From Octopus bimaculoides (lineage: Eukaryota), in the NCBI RefSeq assembly GCF_001194135.2, contig NC_068984.1, forward strand, positions 119,885,109 through 119,949,108: DNA of 64,000 nucleotides. The letters run 5' to 3'. The position numbers and the translations under genes are program-made. This document shows positions 35,965 through 48,018 of this stretch, one piece after another; the first letter of the stretch is position 1; each line of letters starts with the position of its first letter. Under the pieces are notes generated by a model. The model was not told the origin of the DNA and did not search any database. It worked only from the letters and a program-made list of their open reading frames with translations.

Positions 35965-36560
35965 CATGCATGGGTGTGTGGTTAACAAGCTGGTTTCCCG
36001 ACCATGTGGTTTCAGGTTCAGTCTAACTGTGCAGCTTCTTCATAAGTGTCATCTACTATAGCCCCAAGCTGACTAAAGTGAGTGGATTTGGTAGACAGAT
36101 ACTGAAAGCAGTCCCTTGTGTGTGTGTGTGTGTGTTTGTGTGTCTCTCTCTTTCTTTCACACACACAAATATTAGCAATGGAAGCAGTATTAATAGCAAA
36201 TGGCAATCTTGGATGTATTATTAGTATGCTGAACGCTGTGGTATTTGCCCTGAGGAGATTCTTTCATACACATGCATGGTGCTAAGAGAACAAACAGATG
36301 AGAACCATCTGGCATGGGCACTGATCATGTGATTTCAGCATACTGCACTTCTTGTGCAATAGTCATAAGCGAGTGCCACCGTCATACTAGCAGTATCCTT
36401 TGTTTCTAATCTTCTGAGAGATTGTTTTGGTTATAGGGAAATATTTCATTAATCAGAAAGAGGTGAGAGTTGGTGACAGGAAAGGCATCGAGCCATAGAA
36501 AATCAACCTCAACAAAAAGTTTTGTCCAATCCATATGAATATGGAAAAATGGACATTAAA
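35965..36560 (+). mobile_element. Family-A' SINE (A head with an RTE-type tail), diverged
   Basis: ccatgtggtttcaggttcagt head; gttggtgacaggaaaggcatc...tggaaaaatggacattaaac tail. Confidence 0.5.
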
Positions 36561-36626
36561 CAATGCTTCTGCTACTGATGGTGATGTGTGTGTATATATG
36601 TATATATATGTGTATGTTTGTGTGTG

Positions 36627-36666
<40 letters not shown>

Positions 36667-37608
36667 NNNNNNNNNNNNNNNNNNNNNNNNNNNNNNNNNN
36701 NNNNNNNNNNNNNNNNNNNNNNNNNNNNNNNNNNNNNNNNNNNNNNNNNNNNNNNNNNNNNNNNNNNNNNNNNNNNNNNNNNNNNNNNNNNNNNNNNNNN
36801 NNNNNNNNNNNNNNNNNNNNNNNNNNNNNNNNNNNNNNNNNNNNNNNNNNNNNNNNNNNNNNNNNNNNNNNNNNNNNNNNNNNNNNNNNNNNNNNNNNNN
36901 NNNNNNNNNNNNNNNNNNNNNNNNNNNNNNNNNNNNNNNNNNNNNNNNNNNNNNNNNNNNNNNNNNNNNNNNNNNNNNNNNNNNNNNNNNNNNNNNNNNN
37001 NNNNNNNNNNNNNNNNNNNNNNNNNNNNNNNNNNNNNNNNNNNNNNNNNNNNNNNNNNNNNNNNNNNNNNNNNNNNNNNNNNNNNNNNNNNNNNNNNNNN
37101 NNNNNNNNNNNNNNNNNNNNNNNNNNNNNNNNNNNNNNNNNNNNNNNNNNNNNNNNNNNNNNNNNNNNNNNNNNNNNNNNNNNNNNNNNNNNNNNNNNNN
37201 NNNNNNNNNNNNNNNNNNNNNNNNNNNNNNNNNNNNNNNNNNNNNNNNNNNNNNNNNNNNNNNNNNNNNNNNNNNNNNNNNNNNNNNNNNNNNNNNNNNN
37301 NNNNNNNNNNNNNNNNNNNNNNNNNNNNNNNNNNNNNNNNNNNNNNNNNNNNNNNNNNNNNNNNNNNNNNNNNNNNNNNNNNNNNNNNNNNNNNNNNNNN
37401 NNNNNNNNNNNNNNNNNNNNNNNNNNNNNNNNNNNNNNNNNNNNNNNNNNNNNNNNNNNNNNNNNNNNNNNNNNNNNNNNNNNNNNNNNNNNNNNNNNNN
37501 NNNNNNNNNNNNNNNNNNNNNNNNNNNNNNNNNNNNNNNNNNNNNNNNNNNNNNNNNNNNNNNNNNNNNNNNNNNNNNNNNNNNNNNNNNNNNNNNNNNN
37601 NNTACTAG

Positions 37609-37669
37609 CCTGATAGACCCTGCTATGTCAAGATGGACTTATATATTCTTCCTCACATTTGGATTTTAT
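37609..37669 (+). CDS. Candidate exon (phase 2-0); LIDPAMSRWTYIFFLTFGFY
   Basis: tactAG (upstream context lost in the N gap)...GTatgc; phase fit on both sides. Confidence 0.25.
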
Positions 37670-37744
37670 GTATGCTCTCTCCCACTTGGTTTTAATATGT
37701 TGCCACATTTGTAATATGTCTGTTTTCTGCATTTTTTCGTGCAG

Positions 37745-37774
37745 CTGAAGATTGCTCTTCATATTGCATTTAAG
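37745..37774 (+). CDS. Candidate 30-nt exon (phase 0-0); LKIALHIAFK
   Basis: Strong acceptor ttttctgcattttttcgtgcAG and AAG|GTaatg donor; single open frame. Confidence 0.45.
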
Positions 37775-37861
37775 GTAATGCTCACATTACTTAAATAAAT
37801 TGAAGTAGCATGAAACGTGCGTACTGCAATCACTTTTGAAATCCGTGTTGCTTATTGTTTG

Positions 37862-37892
<31 letters not shown>

Positions 37893-38136
37893 GGATTGTT
37901 TGTGGAAATACATAAATCCGGAGGTGACCACAAGATGGCAGCGTGGCTGAAGATTGATGGACAATGGCAAAAGGAGATAATCACCTAGGGTTTTACCCTT
38001 AAAAACGATGCTTTCCCCACTCCATATTTTAAAGAGGTCTCAGGCCAGCAGTGTTTGGGGGTCTGAATATATGGTGTAAGGCTAAACCCCTTATGAGCGA
38101 GAAACCCAGGGTAACCTCATAAACTGGCCTACCCCA

Positions 38137-38193
<57 letters not shown>

Positions 38194-38749
38194 ATATACA
38201 CACACATATACAAAAAGCTTTGATAAACCACAAGCTACCCTCATTGTTTACAACATGTATGTGTCAGTGTTATGTCTTTGGATAGGCAACACAGGCAGTG
38301 TCCTTCTCAAACCTAAATTATTAATATTAATTATTAAATGTATAAAGTAAATGATTTCCCATTAACTATAAATATGCTAATTTAATGCGTGCAATTCAGT
38401 AACTGGTTTCTATTTTAATGTTAGACAGGCACAATATCCTCTGTCTTTCATGTTCATTCTATATATTAAGCATAACGATATTAATTGCATACTCTGTGAG
38501 TGTAGCTTTAATACAATAAATATAATGAAAATAACAGCAGAAACTAAACTGCCTCTGTAAGTGGCTATTACAATGTGTGTGTGTGTGTGTGTGTGCATGT
38601 GCACGTGTGTGCATGTTTGTGTATGTTTATGTGCTGATATCACATCTTTACATTATATGATTTTTATTGTTAATGGATCTAATTTTCAGAGAAATATTTC
38701 ATTTCATGTAAGTGCATAAAGCAATATATTTAATATATTCGTCATCGTC

Positions 38750-39970
38750 GTTGTTGTCATCATCATCACCATCATCATCATGTCATCATTTAATGTTTTT
38801 TTCTCAATTCTGTCATGGATTGGACTGTTTGACATAAATCAACGAGTAAAAGGGCTGTGGTGAGCTTCAATATCTGCTTTGCCATGGATCCTACAGTTGG
38901 ATGCCCTTCATAATTTTAACCACTTTACAGAGTGTACTGGGTGCTTTTCTTTGTGGCACCAGCACTAGTCAGGTCACCAAGTTCTTGCAAAACAAGACCT
39001 CCTCAACTGATTGGGGTATAGTATTGAAAGATGTGAAACCATTGATAGAGGGGCAGGAACAAGTGTCTTGCTGAAGAGCAGAACACATGGATCCCCAAGC
39101 TGGAAAAAAGGGAGAGAGAGAGAGAGAGTGAGAGAGAGACAGATGGTGAGGGTATACTCTCAAAGTACAAGGGGAATATGAGAGAAAATAGAGTTAAAGG
39201 AACAGAAAAGGTGGGTATGTAGGCACAGGCTTGGGTGCAAGGGGTGTAAGCACAACCCTTAAATTAAAATTTTTTTGGTGAGTTGATAAAAACACTTTGA
39301 ACAGCCTCCTGAAGAATTGGGTTTGCACCCCTAAGGAAATTTTGTTCCTGCACTTATGGGTGTAGGTAAGTTCACTATGAAAAGAGTGTGACTGACAGAT
39401 AGTTAGTGATGGAGATCGACATGAATGTAGTGAATATCAGTTTGTGAAAGGGGAAAGAAATAGGAGTAGGTCAGGGAGGAGGAGAAGGAGGTGGTAAGAG
39501 ATAGTGGTAGGGATACAATGTGAAGTGTAGGGGGATAAATGGTCTCATTTACAGCACCTGAGAGAGTAGTATTGCAGTTAGGAGACTGATAGAGGGACGG
39601 GTGTTAGAAAATGAATTGTGGGCAAGGGTTTAACAAGATCTCAGTTTTGCTGAGATGGACAGGTCTTCTCAAGTACAGCATATTGCCATTCATCTCAGTT
39701 CCCTGTCATATCCTCCAAGATGATCAACATTTTGAGGTCAGTCTTCCCTACCTCATCACACATCTTCCTGGTTTTCCTTTTTCCACAAGTTCCATTCACA
39801 CTTAGTGATCCGTGAATCTAAACACATCTCATGACCATACCAGAGCAGTCTTCTCTCATACACACCACATCTGATGTCTCTTATGTCTAGCTTTTCCTCT
39901 CAACAGATTTGTATCTTATTGTGCATGAATACATCCACACTGACATTGAACATGCTAGTTTAATTTCTTT
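38750..39970 (-). mobile_element. Degenerate RTE-clade LINE 3' portion
   Basis: (CAT)n tail at about 38750; minus frame VNGTCGK.KTRKMCDEVGKTDLKML...YAVLEKT at about 39650-39800. Confidence 0.6.
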
Positions 39971-40005
39971 CTAGTCTTCATTTGTCCTCTGCATTCATAG
40001 CAGGG

Positions 40006-40068
<63 letters not shown>

Positions 40069-40453
40069 GCCTTTGCACAGCTTCTAATGCTGTAGATGTA
40101 CTGTGGTGTCAGCTGTTCACTACCAGAGAACTAAGGTAACACCTCTTATTTTTCGAGCACCTTCCAGAGTATTCGGGCGGTTCCAAGCAGTGCTGTTTTC
40201 TGCAAGTGCTCCACCCTTATTGCAGCCCCTATTTGTTCCACGTACTTCTTGAGATTTTTGCTCACTGTTCCCAGGGCTCCAACAATTATTGGTACTACTG
40301 CTACCTTTTTCATCAACCACAACTGCTTAACTTCCCAAGCTAACCTGTCATATCTCTCAACTTTTCTTTCTTCCTTATCGCATACCTTGTTGTCAGCTGG
40401 GCATGCTATATCTATGATCCAGTATAGTTTGTTTTCTCCAGTTTTCTCTTTGT
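40069..40453 (-). mobile_element. 5'-truncated R4/Dong-like RLE non-LTR retrotransposon in a (TAA)n microsatellite
   Basis: IIDIACPADNKVCDKEERKVERYDRLAWEVKQLW...VPIIVGALG...LQKTALLGTARILWKVL is the RLE C-terminus typical of the R4 clade; (TTA)n on both sides (40007-40068 and 40454-40504). Confidence 0.8.
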
Positions 40454-41489
40454 TTATTATTATTATTATTATTATTATCATTATTATTATTATTATTATT
40501 ATTACCTATAACTGGTCCTCCTCAGCCTCACATGTCAAAGGTTCAAATTGAGTTCACTTCCAGAACAATATAAAGAAAATCATCAGTTTTTCACTTAGAA
40601 ATTGTTAATAAGGACATACCTTATGACATTCACAAGTGTACATGCATACACGTACTCACATACACTTTCACACACATATGCAATAACAAAAAAGAGAAAA
40701 CAAAAGGTTAAAAACTTTTCAGAAGTCATGTGTTTGTGTATAAACACATACACATGTATATACACACACACATAAACACACACACACATTGTAAGCACAA
40801 GGTTGTGTAGGTGCAGTTGTGACTGTGTGTTCAGAAGTTTACTCCTAACTTGTCCAAGATGCCATGCAGTGGACTGAACCCAGAACCATGTGGTTAGGAA
40901 GCAAACATCTTACTGCACTGCCATGCCTGCACCTTTATATATGTACATATAAGGCATATCTATGTGTGTTTAGTTTCCTGTCGTAAACTTAAATATCTAT
41001 TTCTTATCAAACTAAGTCTTTCAGCTGATTTCTATCCTAAGACTTCCTCAGCAACATCTACAATCACTACCACATGCAAGAAGAAAGATAAGGCAGGAAA
41101 GAGATTTCTGCCCAGTATGAGATCTAGTGCTAATTCATTTTTTTTTCTATCGTACTTCTGAATGTGATATAGTTTGACTTCAACATGCTGGTCACATATT
41201 AGTCAAAAATTTTCCATTATGTAAACTTCAGGAACAAGTTAGACTTCCATTTTTCCTTTCATTTTCTTTATATATTATTCACCCTTCATCATCTTGATAT
41301 GAATTAATGTGTATTTTTATTTTATGGCTATTTTCCCAGCAAATATTTTGTGTTACATTCGGTTATTTCAACTTGGCTGTGTAGTAAGAAGTTTGCTTCC
41401 CAACCACATGGCTGGATGCCCTTCTTAATATCAACTAATTCACAAAATGTACTGGGTGCCAGCACTAGTGCTTTTAATGTAGCACCAAC

Positions 41490-41524
<35 letters not shown>

Positions 41525-42199
41525 GAACCTGCATATATATATATACATGCTCTTACATACGCATGCGCACCTTTGTTTTGGGATCACCACTACTTTATTA
41601 TCTCCCCTTCTTCCTAGCTCTCCTGTGTGACCCCTCTGTATGGTATTCACCATGATAGATCGCTAGCCACTAAACTTTTTTCTATTTTCTCTCCCTGTTT
41701 ATTTTTGTATTCTTCTCTATCAAAGAGCGTAGGCTTGAAAAGCAAAAGACTTTCTCACTTCCTGAGTGTTAAACTAATACATCTGTTTGTTGTTTACACA
41801 CCCATCTTCATCTTTTGTTCTTTTATAAATTTTCATTATATATATATTTATATATATACATTCACATGTATATGTGTGTGTGTGTGTATTTATATAGGCA
41901 TGTGTGTGTGTGTGTTACTGTCCCCTTGCCTTGACATCATATGATAGTTGTAAGCAAGTGTCACTGTCATACAAGCAGTGTCCTTCATTTTCAATCTTCC
42001 ATGAAATCAAATCTGGTCATGGGGAAAATATTACTTTACTTGAAAACAAGTAAGTGTTAGCAACAGGAAGAGCATTTTCCTGTAAGATATCCACCTCAAC
42101 AAATTCCGTCTGACACATGTGAGCATGGAAAAGTTGGTACTAAAACCAATGAGAACAATGATATAACCTTTCTTACACTATCTTATGTTATTTTTTATC

Positions 42200-42570
42200 T
42201 TCTATATTTTACTTGTTTTAGTCATTAGACTGTGGCTATGCTTGGGCAGCACTTTGAAGCATTTTAGTCAAACAAATCAACCATTTTAGTCAAACCTGGT
42301 ACTTATTCTGTCAGTCTCCCTTGCTGGACCACTAAGTTACAGGGATGTAAACACACCAACACCAGTTGTCAATTGGTGGTGGAGGACAAACACTGCACAA
42401 GACACACACACGTGACAGGCTTATTTCAGTTTCTGCCTACCAAATTCACTCACAAGGCTTTGGTTGACCCTCGGCTATAATAGTAGACACTTGCCCAAGG
42501 TGTCATGCAGTGGGACTGAACCCGGAACCATGTGGTTGGGAAGCAAACGTCTTACCACACAGCCATATCT
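42200..42570 (-). mobile_element. Family-A SINE
   Basis: gacacttgcccaaggtgtcatgcagtgggactgaacccggaaccatgtgg...ttaccacacagcca. Confidence 0.75.
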
Positions 42571-42767
42571 AGTTTCTTATACAGCCTATGGTATTCAAAA
42601 TCACACTGCAACACATTTGTATATTTTGTGTATTTCATTGTAGTTCTGTTATCCTCTTATATCCTTATACCAAATTTCTTCCAGAAAAGAGGAAAAAAAA
42701 TCTATATTATTTATCTGAGCAACAGCGGTTATTATCTTCCTTCCATATTCAGTGTGAATATCTGTAG

Positions 42768-42830
42768 ATTGTAGATAGTGAGTCTGCAGACATTGTGATT
42801 GCATCAAATTCTTGGACTGCAGGTCATGAG
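42768..42830 (+). CDS. Candidate exon (phase 0-0); IVDSESADIVIASNSWTAGHE
   Basis: atctgtAG...GAG|GTgaaa; 63 nt stop-free. Confidence 0.35.
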
Positions 42831-43016
42831 GTGAAATATTTTATATATTTCATGTCACTTGCACTTCTTTTATGATGAAATGTTAGAGTTTTTCTCTAAA
42901 CTATGATTCCAAGACTAGCTAATGGCTAGGGTTTTATGTGGTTGCATGACCTGCTAGAATTTACAGCCCAAATGCTTTTAAATGAAGCACTGCATCATCA
43001 TCATCAATGTTTTTAA

Positions 43017-43244
43017 CCCTTTAGCATTCAAACCAGCCATATCAGGCCCAAATGATATTGCTTTACATACTTTATGTTCGAACAGAGCAGATCTGGCCTC
43101 TCACCCCTAGTCTGCAATGTCATTCTGAAAACTAAACCATCACATCATTGAAATCTTAAAGCTACAAGACAATTCATTGGTTAATTTAAAACAATGTGAA
43201 TAAATAAGCATTATATTTGAGAAAATAATCTGGATGCTAAAGGG
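43017..43244. mobile_element. piggyBac-type MITE with TTAA target-site duplication
   Basis: TTAA(43013-16)-ccctttagcatt...gatgctaaaggg-TTAA(43245-48); related copies at about 19245-19430, 54740-54975 and 62933-63017. Confidence 0.8.
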
Positions 43245-43844
43245 TTAATTTTCACTTTTCTGTGGTTACATGGGTCAGGCAGAATTTGTTGAGGCAAATT
43301 TTTTACAGCTGGATGCCCTTCCTGTCACTCCATGACCAAACATGTTTTCACAGAATATTAAAGACAAAGGACACCTCTTCTCATGCATCTTAGTGACGCT
43401 TGTTTACAACTATCATATCATATGAAGATGAGGAAACAATAACAAACACACATACACATGCACACACCCTCCCTCTCTCTCTCTCATGCATGCATGCACA
43501 CACATGCATATGACAAGCTTCTTTCAGTTTTCTTTTACCAAGTATATTTACAAGGCTTTGGTCTAGAGTTGAAGACACCAAAGTTGCCATGCAGTGAGAC
43601 TGAACCTATAACCATATGGTTGGTAAGCAAGCTTTTTACTACACAACCATGCCTGTGCCTACAAAATTTTTAAAAAGAGTATATTGGGTAATGTAGTCTC
43701 AGGTACACTCCTTTATTTATCTTTTATACAGGATGAAAGACAGTGTCCAGAACCCTTTACAGGGTCTCCAAGACTGGTGGAAGGAATAGTGGAAGGTATC
43801 CTCAAACCAGAGGTCTGAATGTTTATAACAGAATAGCCAGCTAA

Positions 43845-44023
43845 AGGCATTGAAAGTGTCAGGCATTGAAAGTGTCAGGCATTGAAAGTGTGAGGCATTG
43901 AAGGTGTCAGGCATTGAAAATGTCAGGCATTGAAAATGTCAGGCATTGAAAATGTCAGGCATTAAAAGTGTCAGGCATCAAAAGTGTCAGGCATTGAAAG
44001 TATCAGGCATTGAAAGTGTCAGG
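43845..44023 (+). repeat. 16-bp minisatellite (aggcattgaaagtgtc) x11
   Basis: Directly visible tandem array with point variants. Confidence 0.95.
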
Positions 44024-44248
44024 TGGTGGTACTGAAATAGTGATTGATTAAGTCTGTTACCCTTTAGTCCATAATGATACCTGGAAAAATAGATGAGATG
44101 GTCACTTCTAGGATATCATTGCTCAGAAATCTCTTTGATCCAGGCCAGTTACAGGAAAGAACAACAACTGCTTCCAAAATAACTTGCAAATGCCTTGAAT
44201 TTGTAAAATGATCTAAATTCTGCACTTGTAATAAACGAAATACAATAG

Positions 44249-44337
44249 GAATCAATAAGGGAACTTCTACTTGATAAATTGAGCAGCCAAAAAGAGTATC
44301 TAAATTTTCCTCAGTTCTTTGCTCTCCTAAAGAAAGG
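44249..44337 (+). CDS. Candidate exon (phase 0-2); ESIRELLLDKLSSQKEYLNFPQFFALLKKG
   Basis: Purine-rich acceptor caatAG, donor GTaggt; phase matches 46562. The YLNFPQFFALL segment loosely resembles an EF-hand exit helix (inference). Confidence 0.35.
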
Positions 44338-45489
44338 GTAGGTTCATTGATTCTAGATACACTACATCTGAATAAATAATGGGTTTATCACAACCAGAAA
44401 AGTTTATGATGAGAGATTTGCTTGACTTGTGTTTGGTAACAACATTAACAAAACAAGACCCATTAGAAATGAACAAAAAAAAAACAAACAAACAACATAT
44501 AATCTGTTTCACTTCCTTCCTGTTTCATCTGTTATTCAATTCCGGTGTCAATGCAGCAATGAAACTGTCAAAATTAGAATGAGATATACATACATGTATA
44601 TACACACACACGTGCACACATGCACACACACAAACGTGTGCTTGCATGCACACACACACACACATACACACACACACACACGTATATAGTTTAACTAAAA
44701 TTAATATATCACTGACATTATATTTACAGAAAATAGTGCAATTTTCGATGACCCAAATAAAAAAAATCCAAAGAGTTTCTCTAATATATATTAGCGTTGC
44801 AGTTTGGTCTTAATGGCTTATTTAGAAATCCTTTAGCCTTTCAGTAAGACTAAAGGATTTTCCATTTTCCTCTTTTAAAAACATTTGAAATTTTTTATGA
44901 GATGGATTTATTACCAATTTTGCTTATGCACATAGTTACACTTACCAATTTCCTCAATCTCAAATTTTACCATTATATTCTTAGGTTAGGTAGAATTCAA
45001 TTTCTACCTATTCACTTTTGGGTCACAGCCACAACAGTTTGGCAAATTATTCTGTTTCAGTCAAATGCATTGTTGTAGTTATCATTGTTAGTTTCTTCAT
45101 CATCAGTTTCTACTCTCTTCTTTATCCCACTGAGGTCGGTTAACTTTGCCTTTCATCTGTCTAGTGACAAAAAATAAATAAATAAATAAAAAAGTTACTC
45201 TTGGTCAAGTACTGGCATTTATGGATTTGACTTACTGCCTCCCTTCATGTTGAAAATGTCAAAAAAAAATGTCGGAGAAAATGCTTTGTGGTATTTATTC
45301 TTTCTCTTTAAATACTGAGTTCAAATCCATTCTGCTGAGGTGAACTTTACTTTCATCCCTCAGGGGTCGTTAAAATAAAGTAGCCGTCAAATACAGGGGC
45401 TGACTGTGTTGACTAAACTGCCTGTCCTTAATTCTGCTGACCTTGTGCCTAAATAAGAAACACTCCTCCTCGTCCTGCTGCTGCTGTTC

Positions 45490-45700
45490 ACAGAATTGTT
45501 AGCTTAGCATGCTGAGCAAAATGGTTAGTGGCATTTCATCCATCTTTACATTCTGCGTTCAAATTCTGCCAAGGTTGGATTTTCCTGTCATCCTTTCAAG
45601 GTCGATAAAATAAGTACCAGTTGAACACTGAGGTTGATGTAATCATCTAGTCCCTCCCTGATAATTTTAGGTCTTGTGCCTATTATAGAAAAGATTATTA
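45490..45700 (+). mobile_element. Family-C tRNA-like SINE, diverged
   Basis: gttcaaattctgccaagg...catcctttcaaggtcgataaaataagtaccag; further copies at about 46222-46430 and 47345-47560 (+), and 15100-15260 (-). Confidence 0.6.
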
Positions 45701-46561
45701 TTATTCACTTACTCAAGTCCTTCACTCCCAATGGAGCATAGGCCACCAACGATTTTTCTCCTCTGCTCTCAACTCTGGGCTGTATTTTCTTCTTCCGGGT
45801 TAAATTGGTTTTGAATTGTCATCAATGCTTCTGAAACTTTGCTTTTTTTCTTGCTAGGAGTGTTGGCCCTATGCAAACCTGTTTTTGCCTCTGCAAAGAG
45901 GTGATACATGTTAGTCTGGCCTCTATCCTTTGACTGTCAAGCATGGGAGGCCCTACACAGATTTTGCACTCCATTGGTATAGCTCTCAAAGTGGTTGTGG
46001 TACACAAGTCATCACATCATGGCAAGGAATGGACCTTGTGGTGGATTATTGTTATTATTCATCTTTCAGAATTGTTGACATTGTGTCAAAATTATCATTA
46101 TTATTATTATGTTTGTCATGGGTCACTTAGGTTAATGATACAGAGTGCTGATCTGGAGTTTAAGAGATATGGGGTACAATTCTCTCTAGTGGTTTTCCAG
46201 TCACTTTTTAGAAATGCAGTGAGCTAGTAGAATCATTAGCATAACAGGCAAAGAGCTTAGTGGCATTTTATCTGGTTTTCCATTCTGAGTTCAAATTCCA
46301 TCAAGGTCAGCTTTGCCTTTCATCCTTTCAGGGTCGATAAAATAAGAACCAACTGAACGCTGGGGTTAATGTAATCGACTTATTGCCTCCTCCAAAATTA
46401 CTGGCCTTGTGCAAAAATTTGATATCATCATCATCATCATCATTATGAGTTTTCTTCTTCCTTCAGTTTTGTTTGCATCTTTTGCTGAGTATCTTTTCGA
46501 CACTTGATGTTGTTGTTGTTGTTGTTGCTGTTGTTGTTACAGCTTACATTTTGTTTTACAG

Positions 46562-46665
46562 ACATGAAAAATATTACACGTACATAATTGAAAATATTCA
46601 TGCCACAAGATCATCTGATTTCCTGGAAGAGGAAAGAGGAGAAGTTTTGAAGAAACTGAGTGATC
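46562..46665 (+). CDS. Candidate exon (phase 2-1); HEKYYTYIIENIHATRSSDFLEEERGEVLKKLSD
   Basis: Strong acceptor cattttgttttacAG, donor GTgagt; 104 nt open. Confidence 0.5.
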
Positions 46666-46838
46666 GTGAGTAGATATGTCTTATGCTTTTATAAACATTT
46701 TATATGAATAATGTTACAAATTTTTTATTGATTGGTTTTTGATAATGTGATATATATTAGTTGCGTGACTAATTGCCGTGTATGAAAATTAAATGATTTT
46801 TCACACCATTTCATCCTGTGTATATGTGTGTGTGTGTG

Positions 46839-46883
<45 letters not shown>

Positions 46884-47007
46884 GCATATATACACAGAAA
46901 AACACAGGCACAAACATATATACAATATAATGTCTATCTCTATCCATCTGTCTGTGTAGCTATTTTTCCCAGCCTCCCTCCCTATCCATCCATCCATCCA
47001 TCCATCC

Positions 47008-47050
<43 letters not shown>

Positions 47051-47148
47051 ATTTTATTTGTTTCAGTCATTGGACTGTGGTTATATAAGAAGCAGATGTG
47101 TGTGTGTGTGTATTAAAAGCATACTTGTTTCTCTTTGAGTTTACAAAG

Positions 47149-47208
47149 ATACCTCCTTCTACCTCCTTAAAATATCTAGTTATGCAAATTTCATAAACAG
47201 CAAGACAG
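47149..47208 (+). CDS. Candidate exon (phase 1-1); TSFYLLKISSYANFINSKT
   Basis: tttacaaAG...CAG|GTttga; single open frame fits the preceding exon. Confidence 0.3.
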
Positions 47209-47721
47209 GTTTGATGATTCCATAAATATAGTTATTTACACAAATCTTTCAGAGCAAAATCTCACAGACATAAAGGTGGTGGTACACATTTTTAAACTGG
47301 TCATTCATTACAAAATTCATTGGAATACTATTTCCAAATATAAGGGTGGTGAGCTAGCAGAATCATTAGCCAGGCAAAATGCTTAGCAGCATTTTGTCTG
47401 TCTTCACGTTCTGAGTTCAAATCCTGCCAGGGCTGACCTTGTCTTTTATCCTTCCGAGGTCGATAAAATAGTCACCAGTTGAGCACTGGGATTGATGTAA
47501 TCGACTTACTCATCCTCAGAAACTGCTGACCTTGTGTTAAAATTTGAAGCCAATATTATTCCCAAATATTGGGATTGGGTGGGTGTTTGCTTTTCCTCTT
47601 ATATTTTTCATAATTTATTTTGACATTCTTACTTTTGGTTTTAAGCTACATAACTACTATATTTTCCGGCATACAGATCGATGTGATATATATATCGTAA
47701 ACATGTAGTGTAAACATTTAG

Positions 47722-47794
47722 ACATTGTCACTATCTTACCAAATCCTGCTGCATTTCACATGGAAATTTTCATCTTCCAAAGATGTCTTGGTTT
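47722..47794 (+). CDS. Candidate exon (phase 1-2); IVTILPNPAAFHMEIFIFQRCLG
   Basis: catttAG...GTaagt; open in all three frames, so the frame is chosen only by fit. Confidence 0.25.
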
Positions 47795-47979
47795 GTAAGT
47801 CAACTTATCAACCTATAGTTTTTAGCTGAAATTTTTGGTCTGAAAAGTTTGATTTGTGTGCTGGAAAATATGGCATGCACATTTGTCTATAGTATAAATT
47901 GTATGTGCATGTATGCAGATGCACATGTGTGAATATGTGGGAGTGTGTATGTGCATGTGTATATGTGTGCATATATGTC

Positions 47980-48018
<39 letters not shown>

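Noticed and set aside
29402-37714. Long ORFs of 200-380 aa in the ORF track (also at 57.7-58.1 and 59.8-60.2 kb)
   Set aside because: They are runs of X across N gaps plus (TA)n translations, so they are artefacts.
43845-44023. CRISPR-like array
   Set aside because: The units are contiguous with no unique spacers, there are no cas genes, and the context is eukaryotic.
42685-44337. Ciliate-type code (TAA/TAG = Gln) or ciliate-derived DNA, suggested by TAR-only stops in exon-like frames
   Set aside because: TAG acceptors explain two of the stops, other frames contain TGA, TAR codons are frequent in AT-rich DNA, and the segment is embedded in metazoan SINE-rich sequence.
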